A stretch of DNA of 63,470 bases, filler included, from Octopus bimaculoides (Eukaryota): assembly GCF_001194135.2 (NCBI RefSeq). It is 5 parts of 5 records of this genome, joined end to end, with 100 filler letters (N's around TTAATTAATTAA, not from the genome) between each part and the next. Parts side by side here need not be neighbours in the genome. Positions count along the whole stretch, not along the records: positions 26,353 to 38,617 come from NC_068985.1; positions 38,718 to 62,000 come from NC_068994.1; 3 more parts are not named here. One strand, given 5' to 3'. A program made the position numbers and the translations under genes. Positions 38,259 to 50,678 of this stretch are shown here, piece after piece; positions within the stretch are counted from its first letter, which is position 1, and each line of letters opens with the position of its first letter. Under the pieces are notes generated by a model. That model searched no databases. It was not told the DNA's origin and worked only from the letters and a program-made list of their open reading frames with translations.

Positions 38259-38617
38259 CTAAAAACAAGATAATGGGTATCAACACTTTAGCTGTCCCAG
38301 TTATAAGCTACAGCTACAACATCCTTAACTGGACACTAAACGAACTATGTAAAATAGACAGGAAAACAAGAAAAATAATGACAGGATATAGGATGCACCA
38401 CCCAAAATCTGACATAGAAAGGCTATATATACAACGCACAGAAGGTGGCAGGGGTCTTATACAGCTAGAAAACTATTATAAAATAACCACCATAGGACTG
38501 CAAAAATACCTACTCCAGAAGCAAAGGAAACTAATACAAATAGCCACAAAACACGAGCAAAACAAAAAAACTGTTTTCAGTATTTAAGGAAGCTGACAAA
38601 TACAAACAAGAAATCAA
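38259..38617 (+). mobile_element. young 5'-truncated Dong/R4-clade LINE fragment (post-RT thumb region) abutting (TAA)n
   Basis: AKNKIMGINTLAVPVISYSYNILNWTLNELCKIDRKTRKIMTGYRMHHPKSDIERLYIQRTEGGRGLIQLE is open for over 100 codons; it follows (TAA)n at 38211-38257 and is cut by a gap. Confidence 0.92.
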
Positions 38618-38717
38618 NNNNNNNNNNNNNNNNNNNNNNNNNNNNNNNNNNNNNNNNNNNNTTAATTAATTAANNNNNNNNNNNNNNNNNNNNNNNNNNN
38701 NNNNNNNNNNNNNNNNN
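38618..38717. other. artificial 100-bp gap with TTAATTAATTAA
   Basis: Marker at 38662-38673. Confidence 0.95.
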
Positions 38718-38759
38718 TATATATATATATATATATATACACACACATATATATATATA

Positions 38760-38801
<42 letters not shown>

Positions 38802-39429
38802 TGTGTGCATGTATGTATGCATACATGCTGTGCACATTTGTGAATGTGTGTGTATATATGTCTGCGTGTGTTTCAACAAGTGTGTTTTCACCAACACAAA
38901 GGAGCCAATTCGGGTATATGTTACTTTCAGATGCATCCGGGTAATCGATTTCAAAGACATTATTCAAGCGTTTTGTTTTTAGTTTTACATTCTTCATTAA
39001 ATTCGTTGTTCTTTCATTGGTTGGCTATTCCTTGGAAACGTTTTCTTCCTTCTTACCCTATCGTTTTCCCATTCATCATTTTCTAATTGAGAGTGTGAAA
39101 GTAATCTAAATATAAATCTGGTTGTTTGGTATGTGACTAACCCACTCTCCTTCCGATATCTGAAGGTAGTTTGGTGATTTTACATTTGTTGCATTGAATA
39201 CGTTTGTGAAGAAGGCTGCTTTAACGGCCTTTAGGTTTCAGTCCTTCTTAGCGGCACCATGGTCTTTCTATTATAGCCCTAGATTGAATAATGATTTGTG
39301 TGTGAGTTTGCTTGACAGAAAGTGTGCGAAAGCCTGTCGTGTATATATATACACACACACGCGCGCAGATTCACATATATGTATATATATATATATATAT
39401 ATATTGTTTGTGCCTCACATTAGCTCACA

Positions 39430-39570
39430 TTCTCCATCACGCGTCAGATGTGGAAGCGATCGCAGAGCGACATGAGGTGAAGTGTTTTGCTCAAGAACTC
39501 AAAGCAACACCCGGACCAGGAATTATATTCACAAACTAGCGAGTGTAAATGCAACACCTTAACCATTATG
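39430..39570 (-). mobile_element. family C-like SINE, diverged
   Basis: GTGAAGTGTTTTGCTCAAGAACTCAAAGC...CCTTAACCATTATG. Confidence 0.55.
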
Positions 39571-40980
39571 TCATTCACCCTCATATATANNNNNNNNNNN
39601 NNNNNNNNNNNNNNNNNNNNNNNNNNNNNNNNNNNNNNNNNNNNNNNNNNNNNNNNNNNNNNNNNNNNNNNNNNNNNNNNNNNNNNNNNNNNNNNNNNNN
39701 ATATATATATATATATATATACACTTATATATGTTTATATATATATAGAGAGAGACAGACAGACAGACAGAGACACACACAGAGTTGCATGCATGAGTGT
39801 GTGTGTGTGTGTGTATGTGTGTGCGTACATGTGTGTGTGCGTACATGTGTGTGTGTGTTTTTACACCCTGCTTTCAGAGTGTAATCGACCTAATCCGTCC
39901 TCCGAATTTGTTTGATTTGTTCCAAAGTTTGAAGTCGCTATTGGCACTGCTTGGTTAATAGAATATATGCATGTCCGTTTCTTAGCGTTGCTGTTTTAGA
40001 TGGAACCGAGACACTCAGTGGAGGCTTTACAAGTTCATCGAGTCCCCTGTGAGAGAGAAAGGATTTTAGTAAATAAAAGTATCCTGGAGTCAGAATCCTG
40101 ATTCCGAATAACGGCAAACGTTCTGACAGTTCAATAAGTGCGTGTTAGCATTTGAACTCACGCAGCCAATTGTCAAATAAAATACCACAAAATATCCAGT
40201 CCGTCGCTCTGATTATTTTACTCTTCCATTGCACTGCACTGAAATCTTTGTATCTAAACCAGTTTTACCGTTCGATGTATGAAAAACTTAACTGGGCAGA
40301 GATTTCATCCATGATTCATTTTAATGTGTTCCCTATGATCTCATTATATAACGTAACCTCTTTTCTCATATGGAAAGAAATGCGTAATGAAGGATATGTA
40401 GCTGAACTTTCTAGCAGCTTCGGAAGACAGCACAGAGCCTCTAGTATCCGCTCATCTGAAAATAGCATCTCCGTGAATGATATGTTTTTCCCAAAAGATA
40501 TTTGATATTATTGTGTAGTGTAATCCTCCTCAATGATCTCAAATTAATCGTACACACTGATACATAACAGAGAAAGCCAATTTAACGCTCAGAAGTCAGA
40601 GAAATATCACATCATCGTAATGTCATTAATCCACTCATTAGAATCGGATTCAGATTCCGACACGTACTTAAGAAATAATCCTTCGGCTGCCAATAATAGA
40701 TTTATAGTGAATTATTCTCGTTTTTATAATTTCCATTTTGCACAAAGTGACGTTTTTATAATTAATTTACATTGTCTTCATATTTCACTGAATATTCTTT
40801 TGATTTCGTTTTAATGTTTCTTTGTTCATTTCTTAATAATATTCAGTATTTTCGAGATTCCAACTAATATAGGAACTTTGAACGAATTAGATTAAATAAA
40901 GCAAAATTAAAAGTAAAATGCAATCTAATTGTTGAATGACTAATACAGAACTAAAATGTGAAGCGATGAAATATATAAGG

Positions 40981-41202
40981 TGTTCATGGCTGTGTGGTAA
41001 GAAGTATGCTTTCCAGCCACATGGTTCCGGTTTCGATCCACNNNNNNNNNNNNNNNNNNNNNNNNNNNNNNNNNNNNNNNNNNNNNNNNNNNNNNNNNNN
41101 NNNNNNNNNNNNNNNNNNNNNNNNNNNNNNNNNNNNNNNNNNNNNNNNNNNNNNNNNNNNNNNNNNNNNNNNNNNNNNNNNNNNNNNNNNNNNNNNNNNN
41201 NN

Positions 41203-41267
<65 letters not shown>

Positions 41268-41490
41268 ATATCTGTGTTTGTGTTTGTCTCTCCATTATGG
41301 CTAGACAGCTTCTCCTTCTCATGGTGTGATTAGGTCCCCATAACGTAGCGGTTTGGCAAAAACAACAGATGAAATTAGTACTAGGATTAAGAAACAAGTT
41401 CTAGGGTCGATTTGTTAGACTAAAAGAAAAAAACCTTTAAGGCGATACTCCAGCATTGCCGCAGACTGAAACAAGAAGGAGAATAAAAGA
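40981..41490 (+). mobile_element. SINE family A spanning a gap
   Basis: Head GGCTGTGTGGTAAGAAGTATGCTTTCCAGCCACATGGTTCCGG; tail TTTAAGGCGATACTCCAGCATTGCCGCAGACTGAAACAAG. Confidence 0.8.
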
Positions 41491-42189
41491 ATAAGTCTCA
41501 AGAGATAGAGAGATGTGTGAAGCTGACGCTTCGGATATAATTCTTTTTTCAGGAGGAAAAAGTGGCGAACGAGGAAACAGAGAGAGAGAGAGAAATATAC
41601 AAAGGTAGTTTGTGCGAACAAAATATGGGAAAAGGTGACAACGGATGAAGAGCTTTTCATCCGTTGTCACGTAAATGCGTGTATTAATGTTCTAATGTAA
41701 TGTACGATTATATTTCCATGCGATCTCATTACATATGTATTTATTTGGTCTTCATCGATCGCCCCTGATTTAGTAGAACCACGATCAAATTGTTACAACC
41801 GTGGCAATCACGTCCTTTTAATTGTGCAGCACTACATGCGTCTAGGCTTTTTGTCAATAGTGTGTGATTGCAGTAATATCGTTATTAATTTCTCGCAGTT
41901 TCTCTGGCCATTTCTAATGTCATTGTTGCCGCGTTGTTGATTTTAATCATGTTAGTTTCACTTCCTAAAATACCTGAATACAAAGTACAAAGCATATATG
42001 TACGTATATGCTGTGTACTTATATATATATATANNNNNNNNNNNNNNNNNNNNNNNNNNNNNNNNNNNNNNNNNNNNNNNNNNNNNNNNNNNNNNNNNNN
42101 NNNNNNNNNNNNNNNNNNNNNNNNNNNNNNNNNNNNNNNNNNNNNNNNNNNNNNNNNNNNNNNNNNNNNNNNNNNNNNNNNNNNNNNNN

Positions 42190-42275
<86 letters not shown>

Positions 42276-42744
42276 TTTGTTTCTGGGTGTATGTATGTAT
42301 GTGTGTATGTATAGAAATTTATGATTTTGAAATTCTATTTTCTGTGAGAGATATCTCCAATTAGTTGACATATCTTCAATATTGATTCAGGTTATCTATA
42401 TACAGGAAACAACATAATGGTCCTCTCTTTAGAAAACTGCAGTGACATAGAGTCCGATAACACTGACGTTGTTAGCGGTATTTACGTCAGACAGAAGAAA
42501 GAAATCTTTTTAAAAAATCAATTTTCTCTGAAAGACTTTCATTCCGTATAAGAATTACGTATCTTGATATCTTCCGCTTATTGCTTTTGCCGAGAATCAG
42601 TGGTAAATACTTTATTCAAAAGTATTTTATGCATCGCAATTGTATCAAATATCGAAGACTGTCGCAACCTGTAAACCGAATGTTTGTGTTTGGGTGTGTG
42701 AGTGTATATGTGTGTGTGTGTACAGATATATCAAATACGCAACC

Positions 42745-42995
42745 AAGCTAGTAAAGACATCTCAGTTCGAGCAGGGTGAATATGCTGGGTATCTCAGTTG
42801 AGGACTTCAACGATGCTGATCGGTTACGTCTCTGGGTTGATATTGACGATGCGTCTCAGTCCACGTAGGTGGAAACCGTTAAGATGTTCTTCCTGTCTGG
42901 AGTAGACGCTCCATTTCTCGCTGCCGTAACGTAGTGTGCTAAGGACGCAATCTTGGTGCCTGTAGTCAGTTTTCTTTTCTACCATACTCTTTTCT
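42745..42995 (-). mobile_element. RTE-clade LINE fragment (post-RT region)
   Basis: CVLSTLRYGSEKWSVYSRQEEHLNGFHLRGLRRIVNI...IPSIFTLLELRC matches the RTE pattern LSTLLYGSETW...FHLRCLRRIL...IPSMFTLL. Confidence 0.85.
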
Positions 42996-43004
42996 TCAGC
43001 CTGG

Positions 43005-43061
<57 letters not shown>

Positions 43062-43121
43062 CACACACACATACATACATACATACAGACAGACATACAT
43101 ACATACATACATACATACATA

Positions 43122-43353
43122 CAGGAGCACTCCGTCGGTTACGACGACGAGGGTCCCAGGGGATACTCAGCGTGGCACATAGCGTGACAAGGCTTACCCT
43201 TTGAAACACGAGTACTACTCATTTTTGCCAGCTGAGTGGACTGGAGCAACGTGAAATAAAGTGTCTTGCTCAAGGGCACAACGCGTCGCCGGGAATTGAA
43301 CTCACGACCTTACGATCGTGAGTCGAATGCCCTAACTACTAAGCCACGCGCCT
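43122..43353 (-). mobile_element. SINE family C with an RTE-like 3' tail ending in (TATG)n
   Basis: GCGTGGCTTAGTAGTTAGGGCATTCGACTCACGATCGTAAGGTCGTGAGTTCAATTCC...CTCGTCGTCGTAACCGACGGAGTGCTCC. Confidence 0.9.
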
Positions 43354-44447
43354 TTACACACACATACATACATACATACATAAACATACAAATCTGCGCA
43401 TACACTAACACCAAATACTACACACACACACATATGCACAAATACTTAGATGATGTTGATAAAAGTTCCAATGAAGGAGCCTTGAATCTATGTTAGAGTC
43501 CGGCTCTTTCTCTATGGACAAGAAATACAGAAATGAAACTGATCGATAACATACATACATACATACATACATACATGCATATAGATATTTATGGCCAGGG
43601 AGAACATTTCTTTTCTTCTTCTTAGGTTATTTCGCTGTGTGTATGCTTGTAGGTGTACATTTATATCATCATATCAGTTGAATCAGTTCTTATGCCTCTA
43701 GATAAATAGGATCTGTGGCTGAAGTTTACAGTCAGGAAATCAGGAGACTAGCAGTGTAAACTGCAAATAAGCCAACAAAAAGCAAAGGAAAGATCCGATG
43801 AATTATGAAATATTAGATCTCGGCAGCATGGAGGGCCTTGATCGCCGACGGAATGATCACGGATGTATTATTGACTTTGACTATAGTTCTGATAAATACC
43901 GATGGATTTGAGTCTAAATAAAGAAACCATCAAAAACAGAAATGCCATGGGGGCTAGTAACTGCTGTAAAACTAATAACGAAATATTATAAAGGAAAAGA
44001 CATGCATTTTATAGCATTGAGGCTATGTGTACTTGAATACGGTTAAAAATACGTCTTAATTTTAAAAGAGTTTTAAGAAACAGTTTTAAACGATATTATA
44101 AAAATTTTGAAACCTTTGGAAATTACAGGAAGAAATGGCATGTTATAAATGATATTTGTGTCCAATTTTGGAGCTCCTAGATGCTGAAACCGAGTACGAA
44201 CTTTGGGCAGCGTATGCGGAGTAAGACAGTAACGTCGTGCATTTGTAAGGTGGCAGCCATTTTGTAAAAAGCAAGGGAACAGCGTCCATCTGGATGGAAC
44301 GTTTTGGTTATACGTAGGCTGGGACAAGGATGTTTAACTGCTAACTTGTAGCTGTTCATGGTGTAGTTTGAATTCAAAATATGAAGACGGACGAAATCCT
44401 CGTCTGCATTTAGCCCCGCGCGCTTTCGATACTGAAATATTATAACA

Positions 44448-44868
44448 CGGCGGTGAGCTGGCAGAAACGTTTGCACGCCGGGCGAAATGCTTAGCGGTAT
44501 TTCATCTGCCGTTACGTTCAGAGTTCAAATTCCGCCGAGGTCGACTTTGCCTTTCATCCTTTCGGGGTCGATTAAATAAGTACCAGTTACGCACTGGGGT
44601 CGATATAATCGACTTAATCTGTTTGTCTGTCATTGTTTGTCCCCTCTGTGTATAACCCCTTGTGGGCAGTAAAGAAATAGGTATTTCATCTGCCGTTACG
44701 TTCAGAGTTCAAATTCCGCCGAGGTCGAATTTGCTTTTCATCCTTTCGGGATCGATAAATTAAGTACCAGTTACGCACTGGGGTCGATGTAATCGACTTA
44801 ATCCCTTTGTCTGTCCTTGTTTGTTTCCTCTATGTTTAGCCCCTTGTGGGCAATAAAGAAATAAGAAA
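44448..44868 (+). mobile_element. head-to-tail dimer of SINE family B
   Basis: The second unit restarts at GTATTTCATCTGCCGTTACGTTCAGAG (about 44681). Confidence 0.92.
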
Positions 44869-45719
44869 TATAACACAATTTACCAGAGATAGAGTGAGGC
44901 ACGAACAGATAAAAAAATCGTCATTCATTCACACGAAGAAGCGGTTAGTAAATGATGCTGACATATTTGGAGATATTAGTATAGTTTTGTATCGTGTTTC
45001 TATAATATCTCATCATATAAAAATTGCACTGAAGCATCATCCTGAAAAGAGAAAAGCATAACAGAAAAATTATATTGAGGCTTTCAGACGCTACGAATTC
45101 TATGATGAACGATTGAACAAAAAAAATTATATAAAGCAATGACAAAAGTAAAAAGAAGAAAGTAACACCATCAGAGTAATAGTCAGGAGGTACATAAATA
45201 TTATTTATAACAAGAGCAACATTCATCAAAAATCAACAATAACAAAATTAACAACAACAACAACATCAACGGTGAAAGTAACAACAATGATAAAAACGGT
45301 CTTTGCAATAAGTGACATTGACAAAGCTAACAGCAGCAAGAAGAGCGACTGTAATTAAGGCAGACACTGAACGGAAACTATCAGATGTAGACAGGAATCC
45401 AATTTCAGTAGAGGAAATCCCCTTTCATGCAACACATCCGCTGTTGAATTCGAAATATATAGAGATAGTCACGTAAGATCGACGTTTGGATGGGAAGAAT
45501 GATAGAGGAGGTGGGTTTTTACGAGAAATTATAGATCAGATCTGCAAGTTTGTGATAGTATGGTAAATGGCTGAGATGGTAAGCTTGCAGATCACGTTGT
45601 CCAAATCTGAATATATGTATGTGTGAGTGTGTGTGTGTGGGTGTGTGTGTGTGTGTGGGTGTGTATACATACATATATGTATAAGAACGTATCTATTCCT
45701 TGATAGGTGTGTGTGTATA

Positions 45720-45811
<92 letters not shown>

Positions 45812-45864
45812 ATATATATATGTATGTATGATTATGAATCCTTAAATATGTGTATTCGTGTGTT

Positions 45865-45908
<44 letters not shown>
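45865..45908. repeat. (TAG)n microsatellite
   Basis: Read directly. Confidence 0.95.
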
Positions 45909-45909
<1 letters not shown>

Positions 45910-45939
45910 ACATAATCTAATCGAATTCTGGATAGTATA

Positions 45940-46148
45940 TTGGTTTGAAATTTTTGCACAAAACCGGCAATTTTGGGGTTGTTCAATGACTCCGACCACA
46001 GAATTCAACTGGTACTTATTTAAATCGAACCCGAAACAATGAAAAGGAAAGTCGACCAATGAGAAATTTGAACCCAGAACATAAGAACGGGTGAAATGCC
46101 GCTAAGCATTTTACCCAGCGTGCTAAGGATTCTACCAGGTGGTCACTT
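45940..46148 (-). mobile_element. SINE family B
   Basis: AACTGGTACTTATTTAAATCGAACCCG...GCCGCTAAGCATTTTACCCAGCG. Confidence 0.8.
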
Positions 46149-47367
46149 GAACGGTATGAGAATATTAACTTGACTTCTTGTAGAGGCATGCACCTAACAC
46201 ACATTAGCAAAGGGCTCTGACAACAGTTCGAATATATTGTATACCCGTCGCTTATACTTTAAAGTTGTTAAACTACACCAGCGTTTGATAAAATTACATA
46301 ATGAAAAGAAAAAGCAGATAGTGTGATTGCATATACATATGCATGTATGTATATATGCATGTATATATATATTCATGTANNNNNNNNNNNNNNNNNNNNN
46401 NNNNNNNNNNNNNNNNNNNNNNNNNNNNNNNNNNNNNNNNNNNNNNNNNNNNNNNNNNNNNNNNNNNNNNNNNNNNNNNNNNNNNNNNNNNNNNNNNNNN
46501 NNNNNNNNNNNNNNNNNNNNNNNNNNNNNNNNNNNNNNNNNNNCATTTATCAGGTAGATGTTAACGTAGTGGTTCTCTTGTACCTCTATTTTGATTCAAA
46601 ACGTGAGATAGTGAACTGTAACTTCGAAACGGTAGGCGTTTACTATCAACTTAATTTCGAGATTTTCAGCTCAAGAAAATATCTTGAGTATATAGAATTG
46701 TCGCTGTTATTATTTTTGTAGTCGTCGTCGTCGTTGTTGTTGTTGTTGTTGGGGTGGTCGTGGTGGCAGTCGTGGCGGTGGTGATACTTGTAGGGTGGTG
46801 GCCATAATAGCAATGGTGGTGGTGGTGTTCTTTTGTCAGTGATGCAGTAGCCGTTTTAGTACAAACATGATAATGAAGAGTCCTGATCAAATAGACCTAT
46901 GACAACCCGTATTCTAATCCACTTATTCGCATGCGACGTGCTCTCCAGACACAAAAGGAGAAATTTGATAAAATTATGACAAACAGGGAAGAATTGTCTA
47001 GATGGAATTTCCAATTTGTTTTGTCATTAATAAAAAAAGATGAAGAAAGAATATTGCAATAATATTTTCCGTTTTGTATTTTATCCAGTAAAGAAGGCAG
47101 TATCTATATCCTTCTAGAGCCTCAGTCAAGTGTGTATCCTCGAATCTGAGACTTGGCCCGACTTCTGGCACCAGAGTAGTCTCTGTTATAGACAACTAAT
47201 GATTATGAGTCGGTGTTAGAACGAGGGAGAGGTTAAGTCCACAAGCCCAAGTTGGCATGTGATGGTGAGGTGGGCTTTGGAGCTCCCGTTTGGACAGTTC
47301 CACCGGCCCTGCCGCTCTATGTTAGTGCATCTTTTATCGCGCTCAAGAGGATAACATGAAAAGTGAC

Positions 47368-47660
47368 CATGCGTGTTTTAGTGGCTAGGGTATTCAGCTC
47401 ACGATGCTAAGGTAATGAGTTCGATTCCTGGTGGCGATTTGTGCCCCTGAGCAAGGCGATTTATTTAACGTTACTCCACGTTACCCAGCTGGTAAAAATG
47501 ACCTGTACCAGTAACCGTTCTCTGTTACAATGAATATCCCTGAAAATTGCGCGTCTGTGGAGCGCTCAGCCACTTGCACGTTAACTTCACAAGCTTACTA
47601 TTCCGTTGATCATATCAACTGGATCACTCGTCGTCGTAACTGACGTAGTGGCACTCCAGT
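47368..47660 (+). mobile_element. SINE family C
   Basis: GCGTGTTTAGTGGCTAGGGTATTCAGCTCACG...GAGTTCGATTCC...TCACTCGTCGTCGTAACTGACG. Confidence 0.8.
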
Positions 47661-48388
47661 GAATGCCTCACTTGTTAGGTTGAGACGCATTTTTCTCAAT
47701 TTAGAGACCACTCATGTAGGCGTCGTTAACCCCATTCTTTGAGGCGAGAGGATATGCTGTAACGGACTACGTTCTCTAATGTGCTGTTGTCCATCACCGT
47801 TTACTGGATACGATCCGTTCAACTTTTATACTCTACATAGCCATGATATCGACCCGACTTCACTCTCCGTTTCTGTTTCTAGATCCACTTCCAATAAAAC
47901 TGTCCATAAAATAACAATTATTCTCACCATTTCCTGTATTACTGTCATAATACATGGCACCAAAATGGCGCTATCATTATTTGTTCAAAATGAAAGACTC
48001 TTCCGTTCCTGCCATTTGTGTTGTAATCTGTCTTAGAACCACAATTACAGAAGCCTGTTTGGAGAATAAACATTATCAAAACTTTCTTTCTATTCGCTTT
48101 GCTATCTCAAGAACATTTTCATGTTGTTTCTATAAGATTGTCTTTCAACAGGTTTGATGACATTTGATTTTCGTCCTAATCCGCCACAACCCGTTTGAGT
48201 TTGCTCGCGGATGTATTAAACTAAACAACTTTCCCACTCGTTTGTATTTCTTTATTTAAGCAAACGTTTACGTTTAAAGAATTCCATTGTAGAATCGCAA
48301 TTCTCAAGCAGAGACACCACTTCTACTCTATAACATTTGTTTTCCCTTCCTTCATAATAGTTTTCCTTCTTGTAAATTATTACCAATT

Positions 48389-48389
48389 T

Positions 48390-48463
<74 letters not shown>

Positions 48464-48478
48464 ATAGTAGTAGTAGTT
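48389..48478. repeat. (TAG)n microsatellite
   Basis: Read directly. Confidence 0.95.
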
Positions 48479-48629
48479 GTTATCAGCATCATCAACATAG
48501 TATCGCAGGTTTAGTGGAATTTCTCCGACTATACGTTCCGAGTTAAAAAAAAACCCATCGAGGTCTACTCTATCTTTCATCGTATTGGGGTCGCAAATAC
48601 TAGCAAATGATATCGACAATAATACTTAT

Positions 48630-48678
<49 letters not shown>

Positions 48679-48790
48679 GTATATATTTATTCATTTATTT
48701 ATTTATTTATACAGAGAGAGGGAGAGAGACAGAAAGAGTATGTGTGTGAGCGCGTGCATGTATGTGTATGTGTGTGTACATGCATACGTA

Positions 48791-49000
48791 TAAGAAGGGT
48801 TGCGGAACAGTTCCTGAAATTGAGTAAATAAAATGCAGGAGAATCAGCTAAATATGATTTTTTTCAACAGATTCCCCTCACAGATTCACATGCTTATTGC
48901 AGCAGTCCTTAATTTTTTCCTAAGCCTCGTAAAAGTGTTGCGCCCCCAACCAGGCCTTTCGCGATAACCTTAAAGCCAAGAACTTTTCAGTACCTATCTA
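48791..49000. mobile_element. degenerate mariner-type MITE
   Basis: Left GGGTTGCGGAACAGTTCCTG and right CCAAGAACTTTTCAGTACC are imperfect inverted ends with TA at both flanks. Confidence 0.45.
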
Positions 49001-50504
49001 TATACATGACAGTAGTAACCAGTAGTACGGGAAATACGTTTCAGCAATTTCTAGGGGAACACCCTGCGTAGTTGTTTTGTTTATAATGATCAAATGTTTA
49101 TGCTGTACATTACCTCATTCTTTCCATCAAAGCAACGATGCCTGAACAGGTGCACGGTGTATCAGACATCATTAGTCCAAATGTTCTCAGAGTAATGTTA
49201 GATGACATGGTTTGCTCAAGAATGATACGCAACAATCCAAGAACTGAAACGCGATATCGCGATCGGGAGTACACCACTGTACTCACTTGGCAGTGAGCCG
49301 TTTACATGTACACACACAAACACAAACACACAAACACACATACACACTGAGCACGCGCACATATATACGAATATGACTTCACTTATATGGGAGAGCCTTC
49401 TTCAAACTCGAACCCACAAAAGATTGCATTCTAAGAATGATATCTTTTAATTCGCAATGGCATTCAAATAAGGATATTATCGATGTAAATTTAATTTGGA
49501 AGAAAAATTAATGAAAATAAACAAAATTAATACAACAATTTCTGTACCTTTCTAAAAGTGGGAGGAGCTATTCCTGTTATATTTCTAAATATGGAAATTT
49601 TGTAAAATTTACTTATGAAATAGACATTTTTCGTGTATTTATTTATGTATTTGATAAATATTAGCATCAGTGTTTACAATGTCTTAGAGAAATCGTGAGA
49701 AGAAAAAAAGGCGACATTAATAAGTCAACAGACACAGAAATAGATTTGTTGGTGTCAATTTTTCGAATAATTTTTACGTGAAAGGAAAACAAAGATTAGA
49801 AAAACGAATGCTACTACTTAGCAAAGTAAGAAAGAAGAGGAAGCAGGAAACAAAGAGAACCGCGGGCTTAGTATAGAAGGAAATGCAGTATTCTCATGTT
49901 TATAGTAAACCAGCAGCAACAGACCTTTGCCAGTTTACCTTTTTGTCAAAAATGGAATATAAATAGTGCCTTCGAGTTACATAAGATAAGTTACTGATTA
50001 TGATGTAATGAGAAATGCATTCGCCAAAATGACTTTACACCTTTAAATGGAGATCTTGAATTTATTAACTGTATATGTGGAATTTTAACGGGGCTGATGA
50101 AACTCAGATGTGTTTATGTAAAAGATGGCCTAAGTATTGAATAAGATATATCACTGGCAAATATCTCGTATTCATGTGTAAGATTGGTTTACTGAAAAAA
50201 TTATAAGATCGTATAATATACTAAATTTATTATCATAAAATTAAATCGTCTTTATAGTTCATATTTTTAAAAGTTTAAAAAAAAGTGAGTAGTTGTTTAA
50301 TGAGAAGTAGGTGCCTGAGTCTGAACGATCTTTCAGATGTGGAATTTATTTCATAACTATTTTAGAATGATCTATAAATATTATGGAATTTAAAAGGTTG
50401 GATAGAATTTTAATTGAGAAACTAGTATGGTATAATTATTTAATAGCAGGTATGCAACAGATGCAACAGATAAACATTTAAAGTAAAAATTTATTAGTTG
50501 GCTT

Positions 50505-50678
50505 CATATTCAGCACAAGACCAGCAATTTCGGAGAAGGGTCTACGTCGATTATATGGACCCCAGTGCTCAGCTGGTATTTATTTTACCGACCGCGTAAT
50601 TTTCAAAGGTAATTATGACCTCGGCAGAATTTGAACTCAGAACATAAATACGGACCATTCTTCATATTCGCCGCCTTG
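50505..50678 (-). mobile_element. SINE family B, diverged
   Basis: GACCCCAGTGCTCAGCTGGTATTTATTTTACCG...CTCGGCAGAATTTGAACTCAGAAC. Confidence 0.75.

Noticed and set aside
40152-40505. 117-aa plus-strand ORF
   Set aside because: No recognisable domain; the length is within chance expectation.
44184-44223. AG/GTAAGA-bounded 40-nt candidate exon (DAETEYELWAAYA or MLKPSTNFGQRMR)
   Set aside because: The acceptor tract is mediocre, no homology was recognised, and such matches arise by chance in 63 kb.
45539-45593. 10-bp inverted repeat GATCTGCAAG/CTTGCAGATC as a pre-miRNA
   Set aside because: The 35-nt interior pairs poorly, so the stem is too short.
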